Shown in pieces: positions 8,641-19,766 of a stretch of DNA of 64,000 nucleotides. A model generated the notes under the pieces. The model did not search any database and was not told where the DNA came from. It saw only the letters and a program-made list of their open reading frames with translations. Origin of the DNA: a virus; IMG/VR virus record IMGVR_UViG_3300043395_003072, positions 32,001 to 96,000 of that record; one strand, written 5' to 3'. Within the stretch, counting starts at the first letter, position 1. Every line of letters starts with the position of its first letter. The translations under genes and the position numbers were made by a program.

Positions 8641-11600
8641 ATGACAATAAACAGAAGAACTAAATTTAGACCTGGCTCCTTAGATGCTTCAATTGTAAAA
8701 GATAATACTGGACTTCTTATTGAAGAAGATACTGGCAAATTATCTGCCCAGCCTTTAGTTGATGAGGACCTTGTACTTCATCAACGAATAAATGATTTAT
8801 ATTGGAAAGACCCATTAGAGGTCTTTGACGATATTACCGCACCTGAAGATTATAGAGTTGGCGATACCTTTTATATAAAAGAAGCTCAACAAATATATAT
8901 CTATGGCGGAGTTCAAATTACTATCCCTGAAGGTGTTGATGTTTATCAACCACAGGCATGGATAGATGCTAATAGGCAAGAGGTTTTCTTTCCTATAGCT
9001 GTTGGTTTGGACAAAGACTCCCTTGCTACAAAAGCTTATGTTAACTCAGAGATATTGAATCTAATTGATAGCGCGCCTCAGTTACTCGATACTTTGAATG
9101 AGCTTGCTGCTGCAATTAATGATAATCCAAACTTTGCTACTGATATATTAAATATCACTACAAGTCTTCAAAACAGCAAAGCCGATAAAACATCCGTCTA
9201 TACTAAGACAGAGGTCGATAATAAAGACGATGCTATCTATGATTACGTAGATACTTTAAATGCTCAAGCTAGAAGAGTGCCTGACTATGTTGTTGGTGCT
9301 GGCGCTTATGCAGACGACAATAATATTCAAGAACTTTTAAATGCTATTGATCTCACTGAGCTTTCTGAATTTAAAACGATTTATCTTAGAAAAGGCACTG
9401 AGTTTCCAGTAGTAACAAATATACTTGCTCCTTCTTTAGTCTTTACTTCTTTTGATAAAAATATAATTAAACTAAATCAGATAAATATAAACACTCAAGA
9501 AGCTTTAGAAGATTCTCCTAGCATTATCAGCTTTAGTAATATTTCTGCTAATAAATTAACCATAGCTTCAACAACTGCTCAAGTAGAAGTATTTATAAAG
9601 TCATGTCAGTTTGATAGAATTGATATTCTTTCTTCAAATGCAATTGTACATATAGAAGATTCTCTTCTAAACAAAGTTATAGTAAATAACTCTGTATTAC
9701 ATATTAAAAACTCTATATTGGATTCCTTAGATAATATTGAGCTTTTAAATATTGCTGGCTCAAGTAAAGTAAATATCTTTACTTCCAAGCTAAGAGGTCA
9801 GACATTTATCGCTGATACTGCAAAGCTTTATTTAAATAAGAATGAGCTCTTTAATATAGAAAACAATCCTTATTTAATTGTTAATTCTCTTACGAGTCTT
9901 TTGAGTCTAGAAAACAATAGCTTTTTCTCTGACTCTAGTTTCGCTACTTACCACGTAGATGGTATTGGTCAGCTTTATGCTAACTTAAATAACTATGATC
10001 GTAGACTAAATCCCGCATTAGATTCTGATAGCTCTTATACTACTAAAATAACTGTACAACCATTATTAAATAATGGAGCTGGGCTTCCTGTACAAAACTA
10101 CTACCTTCCAGTAGGGTACGGTGATTTCTTTTATAATGACGAAAGAGCCAGGGATACTATTGCAGAAATGCTTCAAGTTCAACCTGGCATAGTCAAAAAC
10201 TACGACGATATAAATAATACGCTCACTCTCAGCTTAAACATCAGTACTGCAAATCTTAGTGACGAAGCTAGCATTGCTTATAAAGATAGAGTCAATAGTT
10301 TTACTAAAGCTAATACTTTTGCAGCTACGCTTACAGCGAATGCTGGAATTTATACTAACTCTATTAGCGCTTCTTTTGGCACTATCAGTAATCTAAAAAG
10401 TACAACAGCTTCTTTAAGCGACAACTCCAATAAAGTAGCCACTACAGCTTTTGTACAAGCCAAATATGCTCAATTAGAATTTGATCTTCAAGATCTTGAA
10501 CTCAATGAGTTGAAAGATGTTGATATTATAAGTCCTCAAGAAAAACATTACTTGACTTATATTCCTACATCTACTTTAACCGGAATTACTATAAATGCTC
10601 ATTGGGCTAACCGAAGTATAGATTCTTTTGATTTAACAGATAGTGGAACTCTCGTTAGAGTTGGAAATTCTGTATTTGTTTTAGCAGATATAGGTCGTCC
10701 AGCTTTGTTAGATCAAAGTGGCGCTGCCGTTGGACCAATGGATGCTTGGCCCTCTACTTCTCAGATCCTAAGATGGAGTGGTCAACAATACGATATTGCC
10801 GGAACTTTAACTAAAGGATCTGGCCAGTGGATATCTGATTTTGCTAATAATCCAATATTAAGAGCTACGGAAGAACCTCTAGGTGCTGCTGGTTACGATG
10901 GTTGGGGTAAAATAGCCTTAGCTGATTTTGAGGAAGTTAGAGATGGTTCTAACTCTACTAAAGCTGTAGTACCCAGCTTACTACACACTTACTATGCTAG
11001 TGTTACTTTATCTAATTTAGATTCTACTCAAGTAAGATTGGCTAGAGAAAATATTGGCTTTCCAAATAGTCCTCAAGATTCTACTTACTTAGTATACTCT
11101 GCTGATGATAACGCATGGGTTACTACTAAAACTGCAAGGCCTAGCTATCTACATGTAAGCGCAGATGTAAATCAAACCATATATCCTGGTTTATTTTACT
11201 CAAGCGCATCTGCTTCTACTTTAATGACTTTAACTTTACCTAATGACTCTTCTGGCGATATCTTTTTTAGAAAAGCTGACGATAATACTAAAACTGTAAG
11301 ATTTGTTGTAAAAAATAATAGTTTCCCAATAATTACTTCAGATAATGTAGTGCTCACTACTTTTGATGTTACATCTCAAGGGCAAACTATTGAGTTTTCT
11401 AAAGTAGAAATAGAAGGCTCTCCTTATTGGTTAGCTAAGGGTTACTATCAATCATCTACTACTGGCGCGATTGATAAAGAGTTCATACAAGATGCGGCCG
11501 CTGAGTTGTTCACACAGAACTCTCATGCCCCTGCGATATCTCTCACCTATCAAGATTCTGACCATAGAATAGATCTTGCTCTTAATTATGCAACCAATGC

Positions 11601-12384
11601 TCAAGTTCTAGCTGGCGTAGTAAACAATCTTCCTGTTACACCAGCTGGTGTAAAAGCAGCCTTAGATGCAAATGTCCCTCAAGGTGTTTTGTTTTCAGCA
11701 AACAATTTAAATGATTTAAATAATAAAGCTACTTCAAGAACCAATCTTGGTTTAAAAACAGCAGCTATATATGATGTTGGCTTTACAATAGATACTTTGC
11801 CTAAAAATGCTCAATCTCTTGCCGTTAATAAACTTATTGCTTACAATGGAACAGGTTTAGTTTCTGCTTCTGGCGATATATTAACCTCACTCGAAGCCAA
11901 TTCAACTACACCTGGACTTGCTACATTAGCAGATCCTTCACAACCACTAGCTGATCCAACAGCCCCTTCTGTAGCCAATACTGTAGTAACTTTAAGTTAT
12001 TTAAGCCAAATACTTAATAATTCAAATAGCTGGCTTACTGTTTTATTAAATCAAGTAGTTGAGGGGGAATCTACTGGTAACGGAGCCGGAGCTTTAACTT
12101 ATACTCCAATGACTGAAACAACTTTTGTTGCAGACTACTTAAAGTATTACAGCCTTTCTACTTCCCTCAGCTCTATAGTAATTACTCTTCCTGCAATAAC
12201 TTCTTTAAACTTAGGTAAAAGGATAGAGTTTAAGCTTGCTTCCAATACTGCTCCTAGAAAAGTAACAATACTTACTTCTGGATCAGATACTATTGATCAT
12301 GTGTACACTGAAATAGAACTCGTAGAACAAGGACAGCATATAGCTCTCATACCTGGCATATCAAATAACTGGGAGATCGCATAA
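8641..12384 (+). CDS. Long tail fibre protein
   Basis: Fibre motifs ATKAYV..APQLLDTLNELAAAINDNPNFAT, SNKVATTAFVQA, NNLNDLNNKATSRTNLGL; beta-helix-like N/I/S-rich section; C-terminal ITLPA..GSDTID..WEI module. Confidence 0.85.
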   Translation: MTINRRTKFRPGSLDASIVKDNTGLLIEEDTGKLSAQPLVDEDLVLHQRINDLYWKDPLEVFDDITAPEDYRVGDTFYIKEAQQIYIYGGVQITIPEGVDVYQPQAWIDANRQEVFFPIAVGLDKDSLATKAYVNSEILNLIDSAPQLLDTLNELAAAINDNPNFATDILNITTSLQNSKADKTSVYTKTEVDNKDDAIYDYVDTLNAQARRVPDYVVGAGAYADDNNIQELLNAIDLTELSEFKTIYLRKGTEFPVVTNILAPSLVFTSFDKNIIKLNQININTQEALEDSPSIISFSNISANKLTIASTTAQVEVFIKSCQFDRIDILSSNAIVHIEDSLLNKVIVNNSVLHIKNSILDSLDNIELLNIAGSSKVNIFTSKLRGQTFIADTAKLYLNKNELFNIENNPYLIVNSLTSLLSLENNSFFSDSSFATYHVDGIGQLYANLNNYDRRLNPALDSDSSYTTKITVQPLLNNGAGLPVQNYYLPVGYGDFFYNDERARDTIAEMLQVQPGIVKNYDDINNTLTLSLNISTANLSDEASIAYKDRVNSFTKANTFAATLTANAGIYTNSISASFGTISNLKSTTASLSDNSNKVATTAFVQAKYAQLEFDLQDLELNELKDVDIISPQEKHYLTYIPTSTLTGITINAHWANRSIDSFDLTDSGTLVRVGNSVFVLADIGRPALLDQSGAAVGPMDAWPSTSQILRWSGQQYDIAGTLTKGSGQWISDFANNPILRATEEPLGAAGYDGWGKIALADFEEVRDGSNSTKAVVPSLLHTYYASVTLSNLDSTQVRLARENIGFPNSPQDSTYLVYSADDNAWVTTKTARPSYLHVSADVNQTIYPGLFYSSASASTLMTLTLPNDSSGDIFFRKADDNTKTVRFVVKNNSFPIITSDNVVLTTFDVTSQGQTIEFSKVEIEGSPYWLAKGYYQSSTTGAIDKEFIQDAAAELFTQNSHAPAISLTYQDSDHRIDLALNYATNAQVLAGVVNNLPVTPAGVKAALDANVPQGVLFSANNLNDLNNKATSRTNLGLKTAAIYDVGFTIDTLPKNAQSLAVNKLIAYNGTGLVSASGDILTSLEANSTTPGLATLADPSQPLADPTAPSVANTVVTLSYLSQILNNSNSWLTVLLNQVVEGESTGNGAGALTYTPMTETTFVADYLKYYSLSTSLSSIVITLPAITSLNLGKRIEFKLASNTAPRKVTILTSGSDTIDHVYTEIELVEQGQHIALIPGISNNWEIA

Positions 12385-12875
12385 TGGCTTATAAAATAAC
12401 TAATGTTAATGGCGATAGAGGTCCTAATATAGTATTACAAACCACTCAGATACCTGAGGGTTCTAATCTTTACTTTACTGAACAAAGAGGCTTTGATGCT
12501 TCTCTTTTAAATAGAACTCAAAATCCTACTTATTTAGACAAGCATTTTTATACTATTGGAGCTTTAGAACAAAAAGTTGGAGATCTTTATTGGCATATTA
12601 TAAATCCAATCAAGATTGTCCAAGTATTTGCTAAAGTAAAAATTCCATCAGCTGGTAATAGTATTGCACTTTATGTACAAAAAAACGGTGGAAATTCTCC
12701 AGATAAACTACTATATGATATAACGATTAATCCTGGAGCTCTTTCTGCTACCGTTGGTGGCGACAAGATATTGCAGCCTGGAGACTATATTCAAATAGAT
12801 GTAGCTTCTATAGGTACAGTAAGTCCTGGTGCAGATTTAACTCTATCATTCAAATACCATAACATTCTATCTTGA
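12384..12875 (+). CDS. Tail-fibre-associated protein
   Basis: TAATG coupling; TTQIPEGSNLYFT fibre-type repeat; C-terminal GDYIQIDVASIGTVSPGADLT beta domain. Confidence 0.6.
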   Translation: MAYKITNVNGDRGPNIVLQTTQIPEGSNLYFTEQRGFDASLLNRTQNPTYLDKHFYTIGALEQKVGDLYWHIINPIKIVQVFAKVKIPSAGNSIALYVQKNGGNSPDKLLYDITINPGALSATVGGDKILQPGDYIQIDVASIGTVSPGADLTLSFKYHNILS

Positions 12876-12882
12876 GGTCATT

Positions 12883-14979
12883 ATGCCAATTCTAAAGAAA
12901 TCAAATGCTGTTACATTTCTTCCTTACGACATTGCACTATATAGTGCTTCTTATAAAAATCCATTTTATCAACAGTATGCAGCCGGCTATAACACTTTAT
13001 TAATCGAAGATGAAGATCAGTCTACACTTTACCTAGATGGTGAAGCTTATGAATCTACAAGCTTAGTACCTTTCTTTGAAAAGAAACCACAAGCATTTAA
13101 TCCTGCTCGCCAAGATATATCTACCATGTATGAAAAGAATACTTTATTTACAAAGTATTCTTTTGCAAATGCTTGTCTTCAAACTCACTCATTAGTAACT
13201 ACTCAAAATAGTTACAATTCAGATAATAATTTAGGTTTAACTAATTTATCTAAAGCAGCAGATTTAACAGGAAATATGTCAACTGCTTTATTGCAAAGTG
13301 TAATCATTGGTGGTGAGACTTTTACTTTTTATCTAACAAGGCATTGGCCAAGAATAGTAAGCGCCCAAAACTCTTATGATCCTGCAGAACAAAAACTCAT
13401 TATGATTCAGGGGACTTCTTTTGAAAATTCGACTGCAATAGTCGAATACTCTATCCCTCTAGATACACTTGATTATACTTCTTATAGTACAATTCCTGGT
13501 TATACTTTTCTTTATATAGATACTGTAAATCGTTATATTTATTTTCTTGATAATGCTAGAAGAAACGGATCAGCTGCTTATACTCATGAATACTTTAATA
13601 AAGTAGTTGCTTTAAAATTTAACATCCCATCACAAGATGGGGTATTAAGTTTTGCTGCTTCTCCTACAGTACTTATTCATAATAGATCTACTGCTAGTTT
13701 TGTTCTCTTCCCTATGCTTGCTAGAACAATTCAAAGCTCAATTATATCTTTTTGTGGATTAGATGCATTCAATAACCTTGTTTTTGTAGAGCAGTATAAT
13801 AGAGCAGCAGCTTATCCTAGATCTGCAACTCCTGCTAATAAGTACTGGCTGCGTTTTCATATAGTAAAATATACTTCAGGAACTCCAAGCGTAACAAGAA
13901 CAGTAGACCTATCCTCATCTTGGGATATTGGTGCTTCTCCCAGTGCTTGGGCTCCTGGACATTCAGCGAGTATGCTTAGTTATCCTACCAAGTTTATTTC
14001 AGACAGCACTACTCCTACAATAAAAAGATCCTTACTTGTACTTCCTCAGCAAACTTATCAAATTGCTCCAATTGTCATTACCTGGAACTCTGCTTTAGAC
14101 TCAAGCAATGTTAGTACTACTCCATTTTCTATGGCTGCAGTTAGCCAATCAAATTTAACTTATCCATCAGGTACTACTTCTTTAGACTATATTGATATTC
14201 GATATGATAACGTAGTAAGTAACGCTTCTTCTGCTTATCAAAGCATATATGGTTTTCAAAAAGCTATTGTAACCAAATTAGCAGGCTCAACCTATATTAC
14301 TTTCTTTACTTCCTGGAAGTATCAAGTAAATATGGATGTAGCTAAAACAATAGCAACAAGAAAGATGAATGCTATTTGTTATAGACTTACAAATCTTGAG
14401 ACTAACCCAGCCTTAGAGTATATTCAAAGCTTCCCCATTGAGGCTTTAGATTATTTCTTAACTGACTCAGATACAACGTTAAATGTTATAGATAATGATG
14501 GAATCAGTTTTTACTCCTTAAGCCCTTCTGGTTGGGTAAATACCTCAAGAGAAGTTGGAGCCTTTACATCTATTGCTCTGGATAGTTTTGGAAGATTTTG
14601 GGCTACAAAGATTGCTGGTAAAAATTATTTACAATGGGATCAGCCATACTCAATTTGGTTACGCCCTTTCTATGACCCTAAGTTAGAGTTGCATATTATT
14701 CCTAGGACTTCTGCTTATACTACTAGCATTGAGTTTACAGATACCGATGTAGAATATAACGGTGTAAACATTAACAATACCCTCAAAGTTAACGCTTATA
14801 ACGCGCTTGGTCAAAGAATCGCTACTACTGTATTGCTTTCTATTGAAGGACCCAATATGGAGTTCCAAGTAGGAGGTACTCAACTTCAAGTAACTACTTC
14901 TACTATTCAAGATACTAGCGTTCCCGTAGTGATTACAGGCCCAGGTTATGTTAACGTTACTGCTAGCTTCGTGATCTAA
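12883..14979 (+). CDS. Large beta-rich virion/adhesin-like protein (paralog of 15887-17920)
   Basis: S/T/Y/aromatic-rich beta composition; C-terminal Ig-like domain shared with 15887-17920. Confidence 0.55.
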   Translation: MPILKKSNAVTFLPYDIALYSASYKNPFYQQYAAGYNTLLIEDEDQSTLYLDGEAYESTSLVPFFEKKPQAFNPARQDISTMYEKNTLFTKYSFANACLQTHSLVTTQNSYNSDNNLGLTNLSKAADLTGNMSTALLQSVIIGGETFTFYLTRHWPRIVSAQNSYDPAEQKLIMIQGTSFENSTAIVEYSIPLDTLDYTSYSTIPGYTFLYIDTVNRYIYFLDNARRNGSAAYTHEYFNKVVALKFNIPSQDGVLSFAASPTVLIHNRSTASFVLFPMLARTIQSSIISFCGLDAFNNLVFVEQYNRAAAYPRSATPANKYWLRFHIVKYTSGTPSVTRTVDLSSSWDIGASPSAWAPGHSASMLSYPTKFISDSTTPTIKRSLLVLPQQTYQIAPIVITWNSALDSSNVSTTPFSMAAVSQSNLTYPSGTTSLDYIDIRYDNVVSNASSAYQSIYGFQKAIVTKLAGSTYITFFTSWKYQVNMDVAKTIATRKMNAICYRLTNLETNPALEYIQSFPIEALDYFLTDSDTTLNVIDNDGISFYSLSPSGWVNTSREVGAFTSIALDSFGRFWATKIAGKNYLQWDQPYSIWLRPFYDPKLELHIIPRTSAYTTSIEFTDTDVEYNGVNINNTLKVNAYNALGQRIATTVLLSIEGPNMEFQVGGTQLQVTTSTIQDTSVPVVITGPGYVNVTASFVI

Positions 14980-14998
14980 TAATAATCTGGAGGGAATC

Positions 14999-15700
14999 AT
15001 GCCACAATTTGAGTTTTTAGATAGAATAGTTAATACTATTTCTCTACAAACAAAGCCTGCATCTAAATTTAAGAAAAAAACCACTTCTTATTTTTACGAT
15101 ACTGATTCCCTTCAGGTTTTTAAAAAACTAAATTCAAACTCTTATCTTGCTGACTTTACTTTTCTTAATGTAAATACTCGTGCAAGCTTATTATCTACAA
15201 TAATATCTTCAAGTATATTTTCAGTACCTACTGATTATATATATATGAATAGTTCTACTTCTATTGAAATAGACTATTTTAGTCCTCAAACTACTCAAGA
15301 AAAAACAGAAACTCTCTTATTCTTTTCACAAGAAGCTTCTGCTAATTCACTTCACTACTTAAATGAATCAGCTCAACTAAACTATTTGTTAAATAGTTAT
15401 ACAGCTTATACTGACTTAAATCAGTATACTGATATTTCTTTAATAAATAGTTCCGAATCTTTACTTGTAGCTTCAATTCAAGATAGCTATCAGGACTATC
15501 CTATAGGCTCTGCTGCTTCTGTATCTTTAAATACTCCTGCTTATATCTATGTTCAAAAGGTAAATGACGATTTAATTCTTGCTTTAGATTTACAAGAGAA
15601 TTTAATTATTGAATATACCGAACCTCAAGATGTTGAGGAGTATGTGCCTCCAAATCCTGAAGACCTTATAATCATAACTCTAAAAGAATTTTGGGGCTAA
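14999..15700 (+). CDS. Hypothetical S/T/Y-rich protein
   Basis: GGAGG RBS; lies within the fibre cassette. Confidence 0.6.
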   Translation: MPQFEFLDRIVNTISLQTKPASKFKKKTTSYFYDTDSLQVFKKLNSNSYLADFTFLNVNTRASLLSTIISSSIFSVPTDYIYMNSSTSIEIDYFSPQTTQEKTETLLFFSQEASANSLHYLNESAQLNYLLNSYTAYTDLNQYTDISLINSSESLLVASIQDSYQDYPIGSAASVSLNTPAYIYVQKVNDDLILALDLQENLIIEYTEPQDVEEYVPPNPEDLIIITLKEFWG

Positions 15701-15903
15701 AAATGACTGAATTACAACTCGTTGAAGGCTGTCTTTATGTTTATGAAGATAGCGTATTAATAATGACCACCAGGGGCAACCCTACTCTATATAATCAACC
15801 TTTTCTAACCTTAGAAGAAGCTCAAGCTTGGTATCTTACCACAGTTCCTCAAGAGCAAATACAAGTAGAAGAAGAGGAGGTTCAAGATGAGAGTACTATC
15901 TAA
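15691..15903 (+). CDS. Small acidic hypothetical protein (likely start ATG 15703)
   Basis: NP...PF.T.EEAQAW pattern; coupled to both neighbours. Confidence 0.55.
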   Translation: MGLKMTELQLVEGCLYVYEDSVLIMTTRGNPTLYNQPFLTLEEAQAWYLTTVPQEQIQVEEEEVQDESTI

Positions 15904-17920
15904 TACTATTATAAAAAGACTTGGTGCTTTAAATTACGAGTATCCTCAAAACAAAATATTAGCAGGTTTTGATGCTAATAATATTTATGCAAATGATCTC
16001 AAAATTCATAATACGTCTAAATTAGAAAGACCTTATAAAGAGACTTTCTTCTCTACGCACGATACTTCAAACACAATTCCTTACAAAAATTATTTGGCTA
16101 CGGAATTTCCTTGCAACTATTCTCCTCGATCAAATGTAGAAGCAGAAGACAATACAAGAAACTACACTGCTGGAAAAATAGATAAAACTCCTATTTGGAA
16201 AAACACTGCATACATGAATGTTCTTGATAAAAACTTAAGAGCGAAATGTGGAACTCTTTACAGTTTTCAAGATTCAGCATCAGTAAATCACTTTGTGCAG
16301 ATAGATTATAATGAACCTATTCTTTCCGCTTCTCACAACTACACAATCAATATTTCCCTAGTTCAAGGAAATGACTTATCTAGTATTCAGGCTAGTACTA
16401 TTAAGAGTTATTCTAATGGAATAATTACTCCTTTTAATCCAAACTATGTTTATACTGGAGTACCTTCCATTTTCTGGATAGATACAACTAGAAAATTTAT
16501 TTATTTAAATATGTATGCTGGTTATACTTATAGTGCAGATATTAATAGTTATCAGTACCAAGCTAGACTTTTATATAGAGTTAGTTATACTACAGTTGCA
16601 GATGGCGGTTCCCTCTCTCTTGGCAACTATGAGTACATAGCTACTCCAGGAACAAGCTTTTATACAATGGCCTACATGCATGCCGATCAATTGTTTCTTT
16701 GTGGTTTTGGTAACAATGGCAATCCAGTATACTTAAGAGCAGTTGAAAAAAATGCTGCAGGCTCTATCAATAGCTGGTACAACGCAGCGCCTTATACTGA
16801 TACACACTATCATAGGTATATAATATTTGAACACGTACTTAGTAATAATACTATTCTCACTTTGCACGATTTTGACTCTACTACTGGTTGGGGCCTTGGC
16901 GCTAACATAAACGATACTTCAAATAGAATAACTGGCCATTGCTCCCCTACTTGTTTTGAACAAGTAGATAGCGACAATTATAATGCTTTTTTTCCTGGGT
17001 TTAATACAAATAATCAACTGACTCCAATCCTTATAAAATGGAATAAAGCTACAAATGTTTTTCAACCAATAAGAGTACCTACAAGCATACAAGCTACAAT
17101 TAAAAATCAGTATCAAGATGTACATGACGATGCAGTTCCTTACACCTATACATTTAGTAACACTACATTAAGTCTTAGTTTAAAAGTTGTAGCTCCTGTA
17201 GTTATGGAAATTGTTACTGGTGAATTAGGTAATAAATATTTAGTAGTATATAATGACCTATTCAATAACAGAATGAGAGCTTATTGCACTTCTACCGGCG
17301 TTAGAAATATTGTTACATTCTCTATAACAAATAGTTGGTATACTCTAACTCACCTACAGACTGCTTCTATTGATTCTTTGTTTTCTTTGCCATTAAATTC
17401 TAATAGAACTAAATTAGCTGTTGCAGAAGCTGCAAATGTTTCTCTTTGGTCATTTAACGAAATAAATTACTGGCAAAAAACTATTACTACTCCAGCTATT
17501 GCCTATTATCTTGTTAGAAAAGATGATAATTCTTTTTATGCAGTAACTATGGAATCGGATACACTTGGAGATTTAGCTATTACTCAGTATCCAGAGAGAA
17601 GATATTCTACTTCTAGGATTCTTGAAATTAATGAAAATGCCAGTTCTAAGCAAATAGTTATAAATCTTGGTTCAGATGTTTCTTATACAGGTACTTCTCA
17701 AAATAAAACTATTTCTGTAGATGTATTGGATAATGGTTTAAGGTCTGTTGAGTCTGTAACCCTTACTATAAGCTCAGATAATGCAGTTTTTGATACTACT
17801 CCTCAAGCTAATACTACTACAATAGTAACTTCATCTACTGCATCTACTTCAGTGCCTTTAATTCTAAACTCTCCAGGTGTAGTATTTATCAGCGCTAAAT
17901 TTACTGATCTGGAGGTTTAA
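15887..17920 (+). CDS. Large beta-rich virion/adhesin-like protein (paralog of 12883-14979)
   Basis: GGAGG RBS; IFWIDTTRKFIYL vs FLYIDTVNRYIYF, LTPILIKWN vs IAPIVITWN, and a shared C-terminal Ig-like domain. Confidence 0.55.
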   Translation: MRVLSNTIIKRLGALNYEYPQNKILAGFDANNIYANDLKIHNTSKLERPYKETFFSTHDTSNTIPYKNYLATEFPCNYSPRSNVEAEDNTRNYTAGKIDKTPIWKNTAYMNVLDKNLRAKCGTLYSFQDSASVNHFVQIDYNEPILSASHNYTINISLVQGNDLSSIQASTIKSYSNGIITPFNPNYVYTGVPSIFWIDTTRKFIYLNMYAGYTYSADINSYQYQARLLYRVSYTTVADGGSLSLGNYEYIATPGTSFYTMAYMHADQLFLCGFGNNGNPVYLRAVEKNAAGSINSWYNAAPYTDTHYHRYIIFEHVLSNNTILTLHDFDSTTGWGLGANINDTSNRITGHCSPTCFEQVDSDNYNAFFPGFNTNNQLTPILIKWNKATNVFQPIRVPTSIQATIKNQYQDVHDDAVPYTYTFSNTTLSLSLKVVAPVVMEIVTGELGNKYLVVYNDLFNNRMRAYCTSTGVRNIVTFSITNSWYTLTHLQTASIDSLFSLPLNSNRTKLAVAEAANVSLWSFNEINYWQKTITTPAIAYYLVRKDDNSFYAVTMESDTLGDLAITQYPERRYSTSRILEINENASSKQIVINLGSDVSYTGTSQNKTISVDVLDNGLRSVESVTLTISSDNAVFDTTPQANTTTIVTSSTASTSVPLILNSPGVVFISAKFTDLEV

Positions 17921-18214
17921 ATGAGTAATGTCTCTTATCCAATAACAATAATCAATTCTACGATTAATATAACTGGTGAAAATTCAGTTGGTACTATAAT
18001 CACTACTCATGATCTCTCCTCTTTTATTGATGGCGAGACTGTAGTCTTTCCCTTATCTCCAGCGCCTAACCCAAGTAATGTATTTGTAGTAAGCCTAGAT
18101 GGTTTGGTTTTAACTCCAAACGCAGACTATACAAAAACAAGCAGCTTGCTTACTTTGAATTTTGATGCTCCTCAACCAGGAGCTAAACTTTTAGCTTTCT
18201 ATCAGGATCTTTAA
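17921..18214 (+). CDS. Small tail-associated beta-sandwich protein (paralog of 8264-8629)
   Basis: HDLSSFIDGETVVFPLSP...VSLDGLVL...ADY vs HDLTPQINGFTTEFVLNP...VYLDGQRL...ADY. Confidence 0.6.
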   Translation: MSNVSYPITIINSTINITGENSVGTIITTHDLSSFIDGETVVFPLSPAPNPSNVFVVSLDGLVLTPNADYTKTSSLLTLNFDAPQPGAKLLAFYQDL

Positions 18215-18215
18215 A

Positions 18216-19766
18216 ATGCCAAGAGTTACAAAAGTAAAAGTAGATGGCTTAGATATCCCTAATATATTCTCTCCAGGATATTCATTAGACTCTTCAGGTT
18301 TAGTTATAGCTTCTAGCACACCAGGTCCTCAAGGTCCTCAAGGAGCACCTGGTCCACAAGGCGATAAAGGTGATACTGGAGACCAAGGCCCTCCAGGTGT
18401 TAATGCTTTATGGAACTATACTGGAGAATATAATAATGGTGCCGAATATGCTGTAGGAGATATAGCTACTTATGCAGGAAGTCTATGGTACAGATCAGAT
18501 TCTAATGGAGGAAATGTTGGTGATGTTCCTGGTCTCGGTAGCAGTTTTTGGGATCTGCTTTCTTCTAAAGGTGATCAAGGACTTCAAGGGGAGCAGGGTA
18601 TCCAAGGCTTGCAAGGGCCTCAAGGAGAACCTACTGACATTACAGATTTAGAACAAAATCGTTTATATTCACAGGTTATTTATGTAAATAATTCAGTAGA
18701 AGATATTCAACCTGCTATAGATCAAGTAACTAGTCAAAACATTTTAGTTTGGACATCTCCAGGTTCTTATGGTGGTTCTACTTTAACTTTAAATGATAAA
18801 ATACTATTGAAATTAAAAGCAGAAGGTTCTTCTACTGGTGGTTTTGGTATTGCAGAATTACCTGAAAGAGCTTTAACAATTACTGGCTCTGCCTCAACTA
18901 GAAACCTTATTGAAGGTTTTCAAATAGAAGGTTTAGCTACAATTAATGGTACTCAAGGAAGACATGCTTTTATTAACTGCCAACTTTTAGGTGGTTTAAC
19001 AATTAATAATGCTTGTTCAAATTTTATAACTATTCGTGATTGCGAAATTGTTGGACCTGTAAGTATTGCTGCAAGCGTTACTGCTGTTATTTATTTTATT
19101 AATTGTAATTTTCTAGGCGTTACTTTTAGTAACTCTGCTACGCCTACTCAAGTTATTATTGCTAATTGCAATGGATTCCCTTCAGCTTCTGCTTTGTCAG
19201 TAACTTTAGTGGGTCAGAATGGATTTTCAGATCTTTCTATTAGAGGTTTCTTTTCTGCTTTAACGCTTCCAAATGCATTAGCATTCACTGGAAATACTAA
19301 TCAGTTAACTAATGGTGCCGGATTCATTACTAGCAGCCAAGCACCAGTACAATCTGTCAATACTGCTACTGGGGCCGTTACTATTAGTGGACAAAACACA
19401 AACACAAACCACACTCCAATAAACTACACTACTTCAGGTAATACGTTAACGCAACACCTTGCTGGTATAGACTCTAAGTTAAATTTCTTACAATTAACTT
19501 ACGAAAGAAAAACAACTAGCTTTAATGCTTCAACTAGTTATCATTATTCAGTAGATACTAGCGCTGGAGATGTTATTGCTACGTTACCATTAAGCTCCTC
19601 TGCAGGAAGAGTTATTGGTTTTAAACGTAGGGCTGGTAATCACGTTTTAACCGTAACTCCTTCTGGTTCAAATACAATTGATAGTAATGGAGCTTATAGT
19701 TTAACTCATCAAGAGTATATACGTTTACTTGATAGTGGTTTAGGTGATTGGGAGATTATCAAATAA
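18216..19766 (+). CDS. Tail fibre/spike with collagen-like repeats and beta-helix
   Basis: Two Gly-X-Y tracts flank a YAVGDIATYAGSLW module; repeated (F/I)xNC beta-helix rungs; VQSVNTATGAVTI; C-terminal ATLP..GSNTID..WEI module like 8641-12384. Confidence 0.8.
   Translation: MPRVTKVKVDGLDIPNIFSPGYSLDSSGLVIASSTPGPQGPQGAPGPQGDKGDTGDQGPPGVNALWNYTGEYNNGAEYAVGDIATYAGSLWYRSDSNGGNVGDVPGLGSSFWDLLSSKGDQGLQGEQGIQGLQGPQGEPTDITDLEQNRLYSQVIYVNNSVEDIQPAIDQVTSQNILVWTSPGSYGGSTLTLNDKILLKLKAEGSSTGGFGIAELPERALTITGSASTRNLIEGFQIEGLATINGTQGRHAFINCQLLGGLTINNACSNFITIRDCEIVGPVSIAASVTAVIYFINCNFLGVTFSNSATPTQVIIANCNGFPSASALSVTLVGQNGFSDLSIRGFFSALTLPNALAFTGNTNQLTNGAGFITSSQAPVQSVNTATGAVTISGQNTNTNHTPINYTTSGNTLTQHLAGIDSKLNFLQLTYERKTTSFNASTSYHYSVDTSAGDVIATLPLSSSAGRVIGFKRRAGNHVLTVTPSGSNTIDSNGAYSLTHQEYIRLLDSGLGDWEIIK
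18324..18632 (+). repeat. Collagen-like Gly-X-Y coding repeats (about 18324-18398 and 18570-18632)
   Basis: GPQGPQGAPGPQGDKGDTGDQGPPG and GDQGLQGEQGIQGLQGPQGEP. Confidence 0.9.
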
